DNA of 64,000 nt from Octopus bimaculoides (GCF_001194135.2 NC_069003.1:11730555-11794554); one strand, 5' to 3'. Positions 13,383 to 25,635 are shown, counted from the stretch's first letter. Numbers and translations are program-made. The notes: generated by a model from the sequence alone, not told the origin.

Positions 13383-13550
13383 AATGATGATGATGATGAT
13401 GATGATGACGATGATGATGACGATGATGACGACAATTACGACGATGATGACGATGATGATGACGACGACGACGATGATGATGATGATGATGGTGACAATG
13501 ATGATGATGATGATGATGACAATGATGATGATGATAACGATGATGATGAT
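13383..13550. repeat. (GAT/GAC)n trinucleotide microsatellite
   Basis: Visible directly in the sequence. Confidence 0.95.
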
Positions 13551-13801
13551 GTGTGTGTGTGTGCATGTGTGTTTCTTTGTGTGTGTGTGTGTGTATGACA
13601 GGTTTCAACACTGTTTCCATCTATCAGTGCCTAAAGTGCCATGGAATGGGACTGAAACACAAACCATGTAGTTGCAAAGCTAGCTTATTAATCACACAGC
13701 CATAACTGCACATACGTATCAAATAAGTCCCATTATTATCTTGTTTTTTTATCTAATTTTTATGCTGTTTATTTTCATATTTTTCTTCTTTCTTTTTACA
13801 G

Positions 13802-13897
13802 TTGCGGATATTCAAAAATCTTTTACTTCCGATACATAGCATCATCCAATTGGTTCTTGCTGCGTTCGTGGCATCGTATGCAGTGGCAGGAGACTAA
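13802..13897 (+). CDS. FRRS1: FRRS1-like terminal coding exon
   Basis: Long polypyrimidine tract + ttacAG. Encodes LRIFKNLLLPIHSIIQLVLAAFVASYAVAGD* (last TM helix, cf. AFKKAVLAIY). TAA at 13895-13897. Confidence 0.85.
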   Translation: MRIFKNLLLPIHSIIQLVLAAFVASYAVAGD

Positions 13898-14077
13898 AAC
13901 GGGTGGAAGGTTGAATCTAAGGAACTACAAATGGATGCAAGCAGACAAATACACAATCACATACACACATATACACACTCATTCACATTTGCACATAAGC
14001 ATCCATTTACACACACACACAAAATCATACATACATACATACATAAATGCATACAGGTGTGACTGTGTAGTAAGAAG

Positions 14078-14225
14078 GCACAGGTATGGCTATGTGGTAA
14101 AAAGCTTGCTTCTTAACCACATGGTTCCAGGTTCAGTTCCACTGCATGGCACCCTGGGCAAATGTCTTTTACTATAGCCTCAGCCTTGTGAGTGGATTTG
14201 ATAGAAACTGAAAGAAGCTCGTTCA

Positions 14226-14261
<36 letters not shown>

Positions 14262-14467
14262 TGGAAGGTTTGGAGGTGATGTACAGGAATTATATATTAG
14301 AAAAAATAATAATCAGGTACTCAGATATCTGGATGGTTGTATATTTACAGATGTTTATTCATATGTCACATGTTTTATAAATTAGCACTTTCACCTAGTC
14401 TTGTGACATATGAATAAAAATCTGTAAATATATAACCATCCAGACATCTGAGTACCTGATTATTATT

Positions 14468-14517
<50 letters not shown>

Positions 14518-14750
14518 CACATGTGTGCGTGTCTTTGTGTCTATGTTTGTCATCCTGTTACTGCTTGACAACTGGTGTTGGTGTGTTTATGTCCCTCTAA
14601 CTTAGTGGTCTGGCAAAAGAGACTGATAGAGTAAGTACTAGGCTTTAAAAATAAAATAAGTCCTGGGGGTAGATTTATTCAACTAAAACCCTTCAAGGTG
14701 GTGCTCCAGTATGTCTGCAGTCAAATGACTGAAACGAGTAAAAAATAAAA
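14078..14750 (+). mobile_element. SINE family A copy split by a fold-back insertion in its internal microsatellite
   Basis: Head at 14078-14222, tail at about 14520-14750. Confidence 0.7.
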
Positions 14751-15689
14751 GAATGTGTGTGTGTGTGCACGCATGCGCGTGTACGTGTGTGTGTGTGTGT
14801 ATACTTATGTATAAACAGGGTGTTTGGCCTAAATTTGACAGTTTGCATAAAAAGAAAAGAAAATTTAACATACCATCCAAAAATAAAATTATTATAAAAA
14901 AATCAAACTATCAACTAGATTATGACCGGGAGATAACTGTTTACTCAAGATGGCTCCAGAACCTGGCACATAAAATGTATAATTGGAACAGTATAATTAT
15001 ACAAGACTTTTCTAAAGTTTAGCATGTATCAATTACTGTTGTTGTTAAGCAAAATCTACACATGAAACTTTCATTTTTTTTGTTAGGGACCAGCACTTTC
15101 TTTAGAAGAACTTGGATAATTCAAATAGAAATGATCATACACACACATATATCTATACATGCTTACAAGGATATACACATAAACATAGATACACACAGAA
15201 AAATAGATACATACACAAACATATTAGTAAGTGTGTGTGCATACACATATACACACTCACTAACAGAGAAAGAGCACAAGGAACAAATGGATGCGTGTAC
15301 ACAAACACATGCACACACGCACTTACATTCAAACAAGCACACTCATATTCACACATGCGCACATTCACACATACACTCACGTTCACACAAGCACACATTC
15401 ACACGCATATATGCTTGCTCCACTACACACAAATATGCATACGCATGCACACATACACACACCCTCATACACACACTTTCATACACACACTCTCATATCT
15501 GTTGATTATGTCATACATACACATGTTATGTCACACATGTGTGTGTGTATGTGTGTTTCTAAAGTGAATATCAATGTTTGTTCTATATCAAGTCGTATTA
15601 AAATGAAATAATCAAAAACAAACGGAAGCATCACTCATTACTTTTTTGAAGAATACATATTTATTAAGTGACTTCAAACTTTTGGCTTG

Positions 15690-15745
<56 letters not shown>

Positions 15746-15959
15746 CTTTCAGTTACCTAAAATATGTTTGTGACATATTTCAACTTCTAAAGGCCATTAT
15801 AAATATATGTATGTGTTCATAGAAAACAAAAGATGCCTCCATGTGTGTTTGCATGTGTAGTACGTATGCATTTCTACAGTTTTCATGTTCTAAAATCTTC
15901 ACAGCCTTGGTTTTTACGAAAAATAAATCCTTATATGTATATATGTATATATATGTATG

Positions 15960-15994
<35 letters not shown>

Positions 15995-16244
15995 ATATAT
16001 ATGTATATGTGTAGGTATACATATGTATACATATATATATGTGTGTGAGTGTGTGTATATATCTGTATATTCGTAGATATGTGTATGTGTGTGTGTATAT
16101 GTGTGTATTTGTATATTTTTGTATATATATATGTATATATATATATGTATTTGTATATATACATATATATATGTATTTGTATATATATGTGTGTGTTCAC
16201 CATGATAGATCGCTGACCACTACATTAAAATTTTTTTCTCCTTA

Positions 16245-16526
16245 CCTGCAAGACATGGATGCAGAGGTCTTCAAGACAAAACTCGACGCTTTCCTCTCCA
16301 CGATACCAGACGAACCAATGGCTCGAAATGAGACGCAGTTTAGGGCAGCGATGTCAAATTCTCTTATACACCAGATGTGCCACCAAAACTCTTGATTGGA
16401 CCATATCAGGTGGGGAAGAAGAGCCATGCAAGGAACGTGAAGAGAGCACAGCATAAAGACGGAAAATCACGGTGGTGCTCCAGCATGACCGCAGCCACTT
16501 GGCTGAAACACATAAATAAATAAAAT
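16245..16526 (+). mobile_element. 3' end of a CR1/L2-group LINE
   Basis: DAEVFKTKLDAFLSTIPDEP..RAAMSNSLIHQ* is a typical ORF2 C-terminus. It is followed by a short 3' UTR and a (TAAA)n tail running into a gap. Confidence 0.7.
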
Positions 16527-16734
16527 NNNNNNNNNNNNNNNNNNNNNNNNNNNNNNNNNNNNNNNNNNNNNNNNNNNNNNNNNNNNNNNNNNNNNNNNNN
16601 NNNNNNNNNNNNNNNNNNNNNNNNNNNNNNNNNNNNNNNNNNNNNNNNNNNNNNNNNNNNNNNNNNNNNNNNNNNNNNNNNNNNNNNNNNNNNNNNNNNN
16701 NNNNNNNNNNNNNNNNNNNNNNNNNNNNNNNNNN

Positions 16735-16780
<46 letters not shown>

Positions 16781-18319
16781 TGTATTTATGTATGAATATA
16801 TGTATAATGAATTCATGTATATATGCATGTATGTATACATGTATATATGTGTGTGTGTATTTGTGCATGTGTGTGTGTGTGTGTCTATTGTATTGTTTTG
16901 TATTTCATGGGTGCCAATATCAGGATTCATGGTTGAATGAATTATTTCTGTGGTTAGCTTTGTTAATGAGTTCATGTTTCCATATGTGCATGTGTGTGCG
17001 TGTGTGTGTGTGTACATATGTATGTTTGTGTATGTACATATGTGTGTGTACACACACAATTGTGGATTGTATTTAGTATTTCATGCAGAAGTATGATATA
17101 TCAATTATTTCTGATTGGATAATTTTGTTTATTACCATCTGTGCGTGCTTGCGCGTGTGTGTGTGTGTACACATGTGCATATGAGTGTGTATGCATCTTT
17201 GATTTGATCTGACTTGTTTTTTTCCTTTGGTTTGGTTGTTTGTAATTTGATTCTTGCAGATGTAACTGCAAGCATAAAATGAGGAAGATTAGAATGTATA
17301 ACCTCATGCATAAATGCTTCTGGGACTTGCTCTCTGTGCATTACAGAAAAATACAACATATTCAAACAAAACACACTAAGCAAATTGAATGAAGCCCTGT
17401 TCTACTACAAGCACCAGATTGAATTCATCTTCAAGAAATGATCTGAACCTCCAAAGCACCCATGCTGGTGACATAAATAACACCAATACTAGCACCATGT
17501 AAATAACACCTCTGCTTGCTGGCACCACATAAAAAGCATCTATGCTGCCATACTGGTGCCACATAAAAGGCACCCAGTACACGCTGTAAAGTGGTTGGTA
17601 TTAGGAAGAGTATCCAGCCGTAGAAACCATGCCAAGACAGATGACTGGAGCCTGGTGCAGCCCTTCAGCGTGCCAGCTTCTGTCAAACTGTTGAACCCAT
17701 ACCAGTATGGAAAATGGATGTTAAATGATGATGATGATGATGACTTTCATGCACCAAATACATAAATAAATAATGACAAAAACCATTGACATTCACCAGA
17801 GTCAAATTGTGGAATGAAATATTGGGTATTTTAAGATTAAGAAAGCAACTCTTAAAAGATTAAATCCCTCTATCAACAGAACAGAAGTGTTGTTCAACAT
17901 TAATTGGCTAATATAACATTACCAGTCCAAGCATGTTATCTGTCTCTACGTTTTGGGGCAGATTAGAGCTAAGCTCTTTCACTTCCTTTTTGCTCAGTTG
18001 ATAAAAGCATTTTTAAAGATGAAATATTGAAATTTAAGATGAACATGTATGTCTTTGCGTTCTTCTGACCATCTCCTCGCCACCCATTGCCCATGATGGA
18101 GACAAATACTGTGAAAGGAGGTGGAGTGAGAGGAAGAAAAACAGGAACTCACCACCAAAGAAAAACGCACTCAACAGAAGGAAAAACCAATTGCGCCGGC
18201 AAAGAGCTCCTTCAAATACAGTCGCTGTATGCATGGCTGCGACTCTTGTGTGGGCCTCTACAGCCACAGCAGATGCTGCACCACCAATATATATATGTAT
18301 GTGTGTATATATATATATA

Positions 18320-18446
18320 CAGGGTGTCTACAAGGTCTGGGTACATGGAGTAAATAAAATCATAACATAAACAGTTAAATATAAGAAATAATAAATTCTT
18401 AAAGTATGTGTTAATCCCCATGTACCCAGACTTTGTGGACACCCCG
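18320..18446. mobile_element. 127-bp Tc1/mariner-type MITE
   Basis: TA-CAGGGTGTCTACAAGGTCTGGGTACATGG..CCATGTACCCAGACTTTGTGGACACCCCG-TA. TIRs of about 29 bp with a TA target site. Confidence 0.8.
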
Positions 18447-19368
18447 TATGTATATATATATATATATATNNNNNNNNNNNNNNNNNNNNNNNNNNNNNNN
18501 NGATGTAATGTAATATGTGTGTGTGTGTGTGTGTGTAGGCATTCCTACACAAGTGTGCACCCCACAACTCTTTTTCCTCATAACTTTTTAAAAAATAGAT
18601 ACTTTTTAATGAAATTTTATATAAATACATTTCAAATGGCATAGATTACAATTACAAAGAAACTTTTTGGGAAAAAGTTTTTCCAAGGGAAGGGAGAGAG
18701 GAGTTTTGGAAAATTTGCATGTCAGCTTTGTTTCCACACAACTTGCTGAAAATTGGGTATTTTTTATTGAAATTTTCTGCAAATACCTTTCAGATGGTGT
18801 CAGTTACGACTATATCAGAATTTGTTGTGGAAAAAATTAGGAGAGGATGGTTATTTCACCTTGACTTTCTTTTCTCATATGTGTTTGCTTTCCAACCTCA
18901 TGATTCTGGATTCAGTCCCTCTGCATGGTACTCTGCAAGTATCTCCTACAATAGCCACCACCACTTGACAACCGGCATTGGTTTGTTTATGTCTCCATAC
19001 TTTAGCAGTTTGGCAAAAGTGAATGATAGAATAAGTGCTAGGCTTTGGCGATTATTTTTGCCGTGAGGAAACTTCACAGATTTCTCCAGGGTAGAAGTTT
19101 TTGGCTTCATACAGACCACTGACCGTTACAATCAATTTTTGAATTGTAGAAAGGAATTCCTACCCATTCAGCTAACAGATTACAACACTGGGGTATAATA
19201 TTGTTAAATTACAACTTTAAGATGGAGTACCTCCCTTCTAAGAAAATTGGCCATGCGGACTGTTTATCTAGGCTAATTCTACAGAATGCGGAACCACTGG
19301 AAGATACGGTGATAGCCGCATTACAATCAGAAAAGGAAATTAAAAACGTTAGGTGTAATGTCATTCAA

Positions 19369-19531
19369 GTGCACTAGTATAGCTAAAGTATGTGCCGCAC
19401 AGGGCGGCCCTTCCGTTTGCTGCTCCAGGACCCTCAAAAAACCCCACATATTGCCTACAGTAGACCCAAAAGTGCCGCCCCTTTAAAAGTGCTGCCCAGG
19501 GCGGACCGCCCCTTTCCCAGTTACTCTAGTG
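19369..19531. mobile_element. Small GC-rich non-autonomous element nested in Gypsy pol
   Basis: Interrupts pol between CNVIQ and ELPV. CACTAG..CTAGTG near the ends; internal CAGGGCGGCCC/CAGGGCGGACCGCCC motifs. Confidence 0.6.
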
Positions 19532-20789
19532 TTCAGGAGTTGCCAGTGGCTGTACAAGATAATAAAAAGTAAAGCAGTGGAGGACAAATACATTGTAAAA
19601 ATGAAGGAAACATTTGAAAAATAAACAAAAGAGAAACACGAATGCGAACTATTTTTCACTCTGCAATGATGTACGCACAAGAGTGGTAGTTCCAACTGCA
19701 CTACAGAAACGGATACTACATGAATTTCATAGTGGACACCCGGGGATGTCAAGAATGAAAGCTTTCATGAGGAGTTAAGTGTATTGGCCGACAATGGACC
19801 GGGACATTGAAAATTTGGTAAAATCATGTAAAGGTTGTGCACTAGCAGCCAAGGCACCACCAATGAAATACCAGTCGTGGTCTGAGACGGATAGTCTGTG
19901 ATCCAGGGAACATATAGACTACACTGGACCAGTGACAGGCGCGTACTACTTGATCATTGTTGATAGCTTTACCAAGTGGTCGGCAGTATGGAGGTGCAGT
20001 CAACTTACTTTGAAGGCAACAATAAAGTTCCTATATGAACCCTTCACTCGGTACGATGTTCCGGACACCATAGTATTGGACAATGGAACACAATTTACAA
20101 GATATGAGTTCAAGAAATTCTGCATAATGCATACAATCAAGCACATGTTTACCTCGCTCTACCACCCGAGGTCAAATGAACTAGCAGAACAATTCGGAAA
20201 TGACCAAGCACTAAGTTCTTAAGGATGTACGGAATAATGCCCAATCCGAATATTAGTTCAGGCAAGTCGCCTGCAGAGCTAATGTTCGCTCGAGGTATTA
20301 AATCTATCTTCGACAAATTGTTGCCAAAGGAAAAACATATAGAGAAAATACAAAAAATTCAACTAAGCAGTTTGATGTAGGAGACAAAGTCCATTTCAAA
20401 ATATACAAGAACAGCAAAGAGAGTTGGCAGGATGGTGTAGTGACTAAAAGAATTGGAAACGTGCTGTATCTAATAAAAATCCAACGATAACAGCATAAAC
20501 CACACCTAAATCAATTAAAAACCAAACATACAGAAGAAAGGAAAGAAATTCCAATGGAAGTGTTTTACATGTCCGATGTGCCAGCACCGAAAGAGATTGA
20601 GCCTTGAAGGTGCGGTTACAGAAAACGTAAACTGACTGAACATTTAGAAATAATTCCTAAGCGGAAAAAGTACTGAACGCCCTAAGGAAGCAAAATTTCA
20701 AAAAGGGAGAGTTGGTGGAAAGAAGGAGAAAAAAATAGTAGTAAAATAAATTTCGTTTCTTACTAAAGTCGAAATCTCAAAAGGGGAGA

Positions 20790-21046
20790 TGTTGTGGCGA
20801 GTGTCACGACACCTCCTGTGAGAATAGTCTTGACCGAACGACTATAAATAAATAGTAGCGGTCTGAGTGAGAGACCAGACAGAGTAGTTGTTAATCGCAG
20901 GAAGTTGTAAGATGTTATTTTGGTAGTTTGTCAGAATATCGTTTGTTGGTTTGTGGAGAGTTTGTTGGATTGCTACGTTGCTTTATTGTTATTATAGAGT
21001 TATAGTGTAAAAAAAGTATCGTCACAACGATATTGGTGATACAACA
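20790..21046 (+). repeat. 3' LTR of the Gypsy element (257 bp)
   Basis: Begins TGTTGT immediately after the PPT and ends ACAACA (6-bp terminal inverted repeat). Internal TATAAATAAA. Confidence 0.85.
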
Positions 21047-21213
21047 TATATGTGTGTGTGTGTATTTGTATGTATATGTTTATATATATATGTATATATA
21101 TATTTGTAAATACACTCACATACATACAGACACATATCTAACAACTATCCCTTAGGTGTAAAATACACCTAAGGGATAGTAAATATCCAGAGAATGTGTG
21201 TGTGTGTGTGTAT

Positions 21214-21255
<42 letters not shown>

Positions 21256-21640
21256 CCAATTAACCATCATAGACCTGATAGCTGCAACTGCAGATCCGAG
21301 ACAGACTGCCCGCTGCAAGCCCAATACAGAAGGTTCAACGGCGTATACCAATGCACCGTTCACAACATAATAAATAACTCCTTTAGCTACTACACTGGAT
21401 CCACCACGATTTTTAAACAAAGATATTGTGCACATTTAAACTCGTTTAAATATAAAGAGAATAGCAATTACACATCTCTAGCCAGCCATGTACACCATCT
21501 AATTATTAGAAAAACACACTACAAACTTTCCTGAGCTATAATAGACTCGGGTATCCCGTATCAGGGCCAATATTCCATTTGTGGACTCTGCTTAAAAGAA
21601 GCCCTCAAAATTTTAACCCATAATTCACTACAATTGCTTA
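21256..21640 (+). mobile_element. Penelope-like element GIY-YIG endonuclease remnant
   Basis: CNCRSETDCPL..GVYQCTV..YYTGSTTIFKQRYCAHLNSFK..NYTSLASHV..*AII..CGLCLKEALKI matches the PLE CCHH-GIY-YIG pattern. Contains an in-frame stop. Confidence 0.8.
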
Positions 21641-21649
21641 ATAAACACA

Positions 21650-21900
21650 ACGAAACCTTCACTACATGTATGCACAAATTCTTCCGCACTTTTAACTCAT
21701 TATGGGAATTTCCATTCAAACGCCCGATTGAGCTCACAAAATCGATGCCAACTGAGCATTACCGAGTTTTCGAAAAATTCCGGCCTTATTTGAACTTTAG
21801 GGCATGTGCCAAAAATCATTAAAATCGGTTGGACGGTGTGGGAGGAGTTAGAGTAACCCCAAATACACAGACAGATAGACACCATTACATATTTAGGATC
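21650..21900 (+). repeat. Helitron/Lep1-like non-autonomous repeat end (similar architecture at about 9250-9610)
   Basis: ..AAAATCGGTTGGACGGTGTGGGAGGAGTT..CACAGACAGATAGAC..ATATTTAGGAT architecture. Confidence 0.35.
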
Positions 21901-23008
21901 TTTTTCAAAATGGGGGCCACATTTTTCATTAACGAAACACTTTGAAACTTGGAACACTGGTAGAATGTGTCATATAAAACATCTTTTTCTCTTAGTCTTC
22001 TTAAAAAAAAAAGAAATCCCTAAGTTATTCCATGTTAAAGTTGTCGTATTTCTGTAATTTCAACCAATCACTGACGTCCATTCAGCCGATATACATAAAC
22101 AAACGATTCTGAAACAATTCTATCGGTGATAGGGTTAGGGTTAGGGTAAAACNNNNNNNNNNNNNNNNNNNNNNNNNNNNNNNNNNNNNNNNNNNNNNNN
22201 NNNNNNNNNNNNNNNNNNNNNNNNNNNNNNNNNNNNNNNNNNNNNNNNNNNNNNNNNNNNNNNNNNNNNNNNNNNNNNNNNNNNNNNNNNNNNNNNNNNN
22301 NNNNNNNNNNNNNNNNNNNNNNNNNNNNNNNNNNNNNNNNNNNNNNNNNNNNNNNNNNNNNNNNNNNNNNNNNNNNNNNNNNNNNNNNNNNNNNNNNNNN
22401 NNNNNNNNNNNNNNNNNNNNNNNNNNNNNNNNNNNNNNNNNNNNNNNNNNNNNNNNNNNNNNNNNNNNNNNNNNNNNNNNNNNNNNNNNNNNNNNNNNNN
22501 NNNNNNNNNNNNNNNNNNNNNNNNNNNNNNNNNNNNNNNNNNNNNNNNNNNNNNNNNNNNNNNNNNNNNNNNNNNNNNNNNNNNNNNNNNNNNNNNNNNN
22601 NNNNNNNNNNNNNNNNNNNNNNNNNTATATATATATGTAGGATCATCCTATAAATAATGCGGTAATTTTATACTTCTTTTATTTTTCAAAATTAAGATAA
22701 ATAAAGTTCTTTTTAAATTTAAAATATATTCTCCTTAATTTTCTACAATGCTGTTCCATCTCTCTGGTAGACTTGCTAGGCCCCTCTTCCAAAATTCACA
22801 TGTCCGTGACGAAAAATGCTCCTCCAGTACTGTTCTGACTTCCTCTACAGAATTCATATTTTTTCCGTCCAAAGTATTAGCAGACACTCAGGGAAGGAAA
22901 GAAAGGTGGTTTAACGTTTCAAGCAAAACACTTCTTCAGATACAGAGGAATGTCCAATAGAAAAGGAAGATGGAGTAGAAAAAATCGCCAGGAGTGGCTA
23001 TGTGGTAA

Positions 23009-23408
23009 GTAACTTGCTTACAAACCACATGGTTCCAGGTTCATTCCGACTGCGTGGTACCTTGGGCAAGTGTCTTCTGCTATAGCCTTGGGCTAACCAA
23101 AGCCTTGTGAGTGAATTTGGTTGACGGAAACTGAAAGAAGCCCATCGTATATAAATGTATATATGTATGTAGTATATATATATATATATATATATTTGCG
23201 TGTGTGTTTGTGTATCTGTTTGTCCCCCCACCATCGCTCGACAACCGATGTTGGTGTGTTTACGTCCCCCGTAACTTAGCGGTTCGGCAAAAGACACCGA
23301 TAGAATAAGTACTAGGATTACAAAGAATAAGTCCTGGGGCGATTTGTTCGACTAAAGGCGGTGCTCCAGCACGGCCGCAGTCAAATGACTGAAATAAAAG
23401 AAGAAAGA

Positions 23409-23409
<1 letters not shown>
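23009..23409 (+). mobile_element. SINE family A copy (CpG-rich, young)
   Basis: Colinear with 27-427. Confidence 0.85.
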
Positions 23410-23440
<31 letters not shown>

Positions 23441-24432
23441 TAATCAATGAAGATAAAATATTTAATAACAATTATTTTATATATTTTTTAATCGGCAGAA
23501 AGTAACGAAACTCTCGGCTCTAGAGTCACTTTTATAACTTTTGCCGATTAAAAATAGTGGTTATAAAAAGTACATACACATACACATACTCTCCCCTTCC
23601 CCCCACTCTCTAAGTCTCTTTTGAATGTCCGTTCATGGTTTCCACGTAAGTTATGGCGGCGTTGTCAAGGAAGCTAAGGTCACGAGAGATAGGCTTTTTC
23701 CAAAGCTATATTTTCGTTTCTCTGTTATTACTTATTAATTTTACTCGCGTCTCTGTCTTTGTTGGATAAGAAATCAAACTTCAGATACAAACGGCAGCAA
23801 AACCGTTTGTTCGGAAATTAAACAATACTAACATTTTTATAATATATTATACTATATATTATATGCACCCGTTACCACTTTACAGATACCTACATATATA
23901 GATGTATACATCGATCTAAAGTAACAGGAATACCAAAGGAAGGCCGAAATTTAAGAGAAGAGAAAGCCAAAAGGTATCATGCTACTCATTTAAAAAATCC
24001 TGAGTAGAACTTATTATCATTTTTGTTGTTACTACTTTGAAACTATTTTGAATGTTCAACTTTATTTTCTTTGGTTTGTGTTAGATCTTTAAAAAGTTTT
24101 AGAAATTTTTTTTTTCCCTGTAAAAATGCTCTCTTTCTTTCAGAAAAATGTATTATATTCTCTAGAAAGTATCTATCTACCTGTCTGTCTATCTAACCTG
24201 TATATCATATCCATAATATCTATACAAAAAGTTTCACATTGGAAGCGCTACTGTAAACATTTACCTTAAAAACACACACATACGTAACTCGTTTGATAAG
24301 GGTTAACGCACGAAACCCTCGGTCCTTGATTGACTCTGTTGCTTCTGCTAAATATTAATAAAAATATACATATACTCATATATTGAGTTCCATTTTCCCT
24401 CTTTGCATCATCATACTTTGTATGTGTGTGTG

Positions 24433-24489
<57 letters not shown>

Positions 24490-24814
24490 CTGGCCAGGTT
24501 GGCAGCTTCACCGATGACAAGTGGGATCCTGCGCCATTAGAATACATATATGGGGGCCCATGTTTGTATCTAAGGGGCCCATCCCCTTAAGTTTGAGAAT
24601 TTTTTATTCACTCCTGGAAGAATGCATTAATTATTTTAGCCTGAAATGAATACGTTTAACAAAAAGAAAGAAAGAAATGAAATGGTAGCGTTGTAGTTGC
24701 GGATGGGCCCTGGCTTTGGGTAACAGAAAATACAAGAGGATTAGTTAACCATGATTTTATTCAACATATTCTTTTTCAACTCTAGGCACATGGCCCGAAA
24801 TTTTGGAGGAGGGG

Positions 24815-25135
24815 GCCAGTCGATTAGATCGAACCAGTACACAACTGGTACTTAATTTATCGACTCGGAAAGGATGAAAGGCATAGTCGACCTCGGCGGA
24901 ATTTGAACTCAGAACGTAACGGCAGACGAAATACCGCTAAGCATTTCGCCCGGCGTGCTAACGTTTCTTATTTCTTTATTGCCCACAAGGAGCTAAACAT
25001 AGAGGGGACAAACAAGGACAGACAAAAGGATTAAGTCGATTATATCGACCCCAGTGCGTAACTGATACTTAATTTATCGACTCCGAAAGGATGAAAGGCA
25101 AAGTCGACCTCGGCGGAATTTGAACTCAGAACGTA
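24815..25135 (-). mobile_element. Two tandem SINE family B copies
   Basis: Reverse complements of 12705-12930; the second runs into a gap. Confidence 0.78.
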
Positions 25136-25144
25136 NNNNNNNNN

Positions 25145-25305
25145 NCTTTCTTATTCAACATATTCACCTTTCACATTCACCTACTTATTGCAGCAGTCCT
25201 TCAGTTTTCTCTACGGCCTGTGAAAGAATTCGGAATGTTGGGCCTCCTACTAGGCCTTTCGCGACACCCTTAAAGCCAGGAACTTTACAGCATCTCTTCG
25301 CGTAT
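25145..25305 (+). mobile_element. MITE family M, 3' part (5' part at about 24707-24775; interrupted by SINE-B copies)
   Basis: TTATTCAACATATTC..AAAGCCAGGAACTTT matches family M. Confidence 0.6.
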
Positions 25306-25635
25306 ATATATATATATATATACACCTGGAAAATAATGCGTGGCGTTCAATCATATAATATAAATGATATATAAATATATGAATATGCATACATATATGT
25401 ACATACCTACATATACATGTATATATACATGCATATATGGATACAGGACATCAAAAAAAATTTTTTTAACGTGGACAGAATGAGAAACGAGAACAAAAAA
25501 CAAAAACATAGAAAACGAACTTTTTTTTGAACAACGAAAAACAGAGAAACGAGACATGCAACATAAAGAACATTCCCTAGAGAGAGACAGAGACAGACAG
25601 ACTTTAAAAAAAAATTTTATTATTAAAGCTGCAAA

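Larger units (their letters stand above)
19059..21046 (+). mobile_element. 5'-truncated, decayed Ty3/Gypsy LTR retrotransposon (RNase H - integrase - PPT - 3' LTR)
   Basis: RNase H remnant (AVRKLHRFL..HTDH; LLNYNFKMEYLPSKKIGHADCLSRL). Integrase Zn finger (HSGHPG..CKGC) and core (HIDYTGP..IVDSFTKW..VPDTIVLDNGTQF..HPRSN) with stops and frameshifts. PPT AAAAGGGGAGA at 20779-20789. Confidence 0.92.

Noticed and set aside
13175-13671. Poly-His / poly-Met / poly-Ser ORFs; also poly-Leu at 36609, poly-Thr/Pro at 37689 and many (IY)n/(HT)n ORFs
   Set aside because: Translations of microsatellites, with no splice or homology support.
22128-22152. (TTAGGG)n next to a gap, suggesting a chromosome end
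   Set aside because: Only about 3 units, and part of the same fold-back repeat as 27190-27907.
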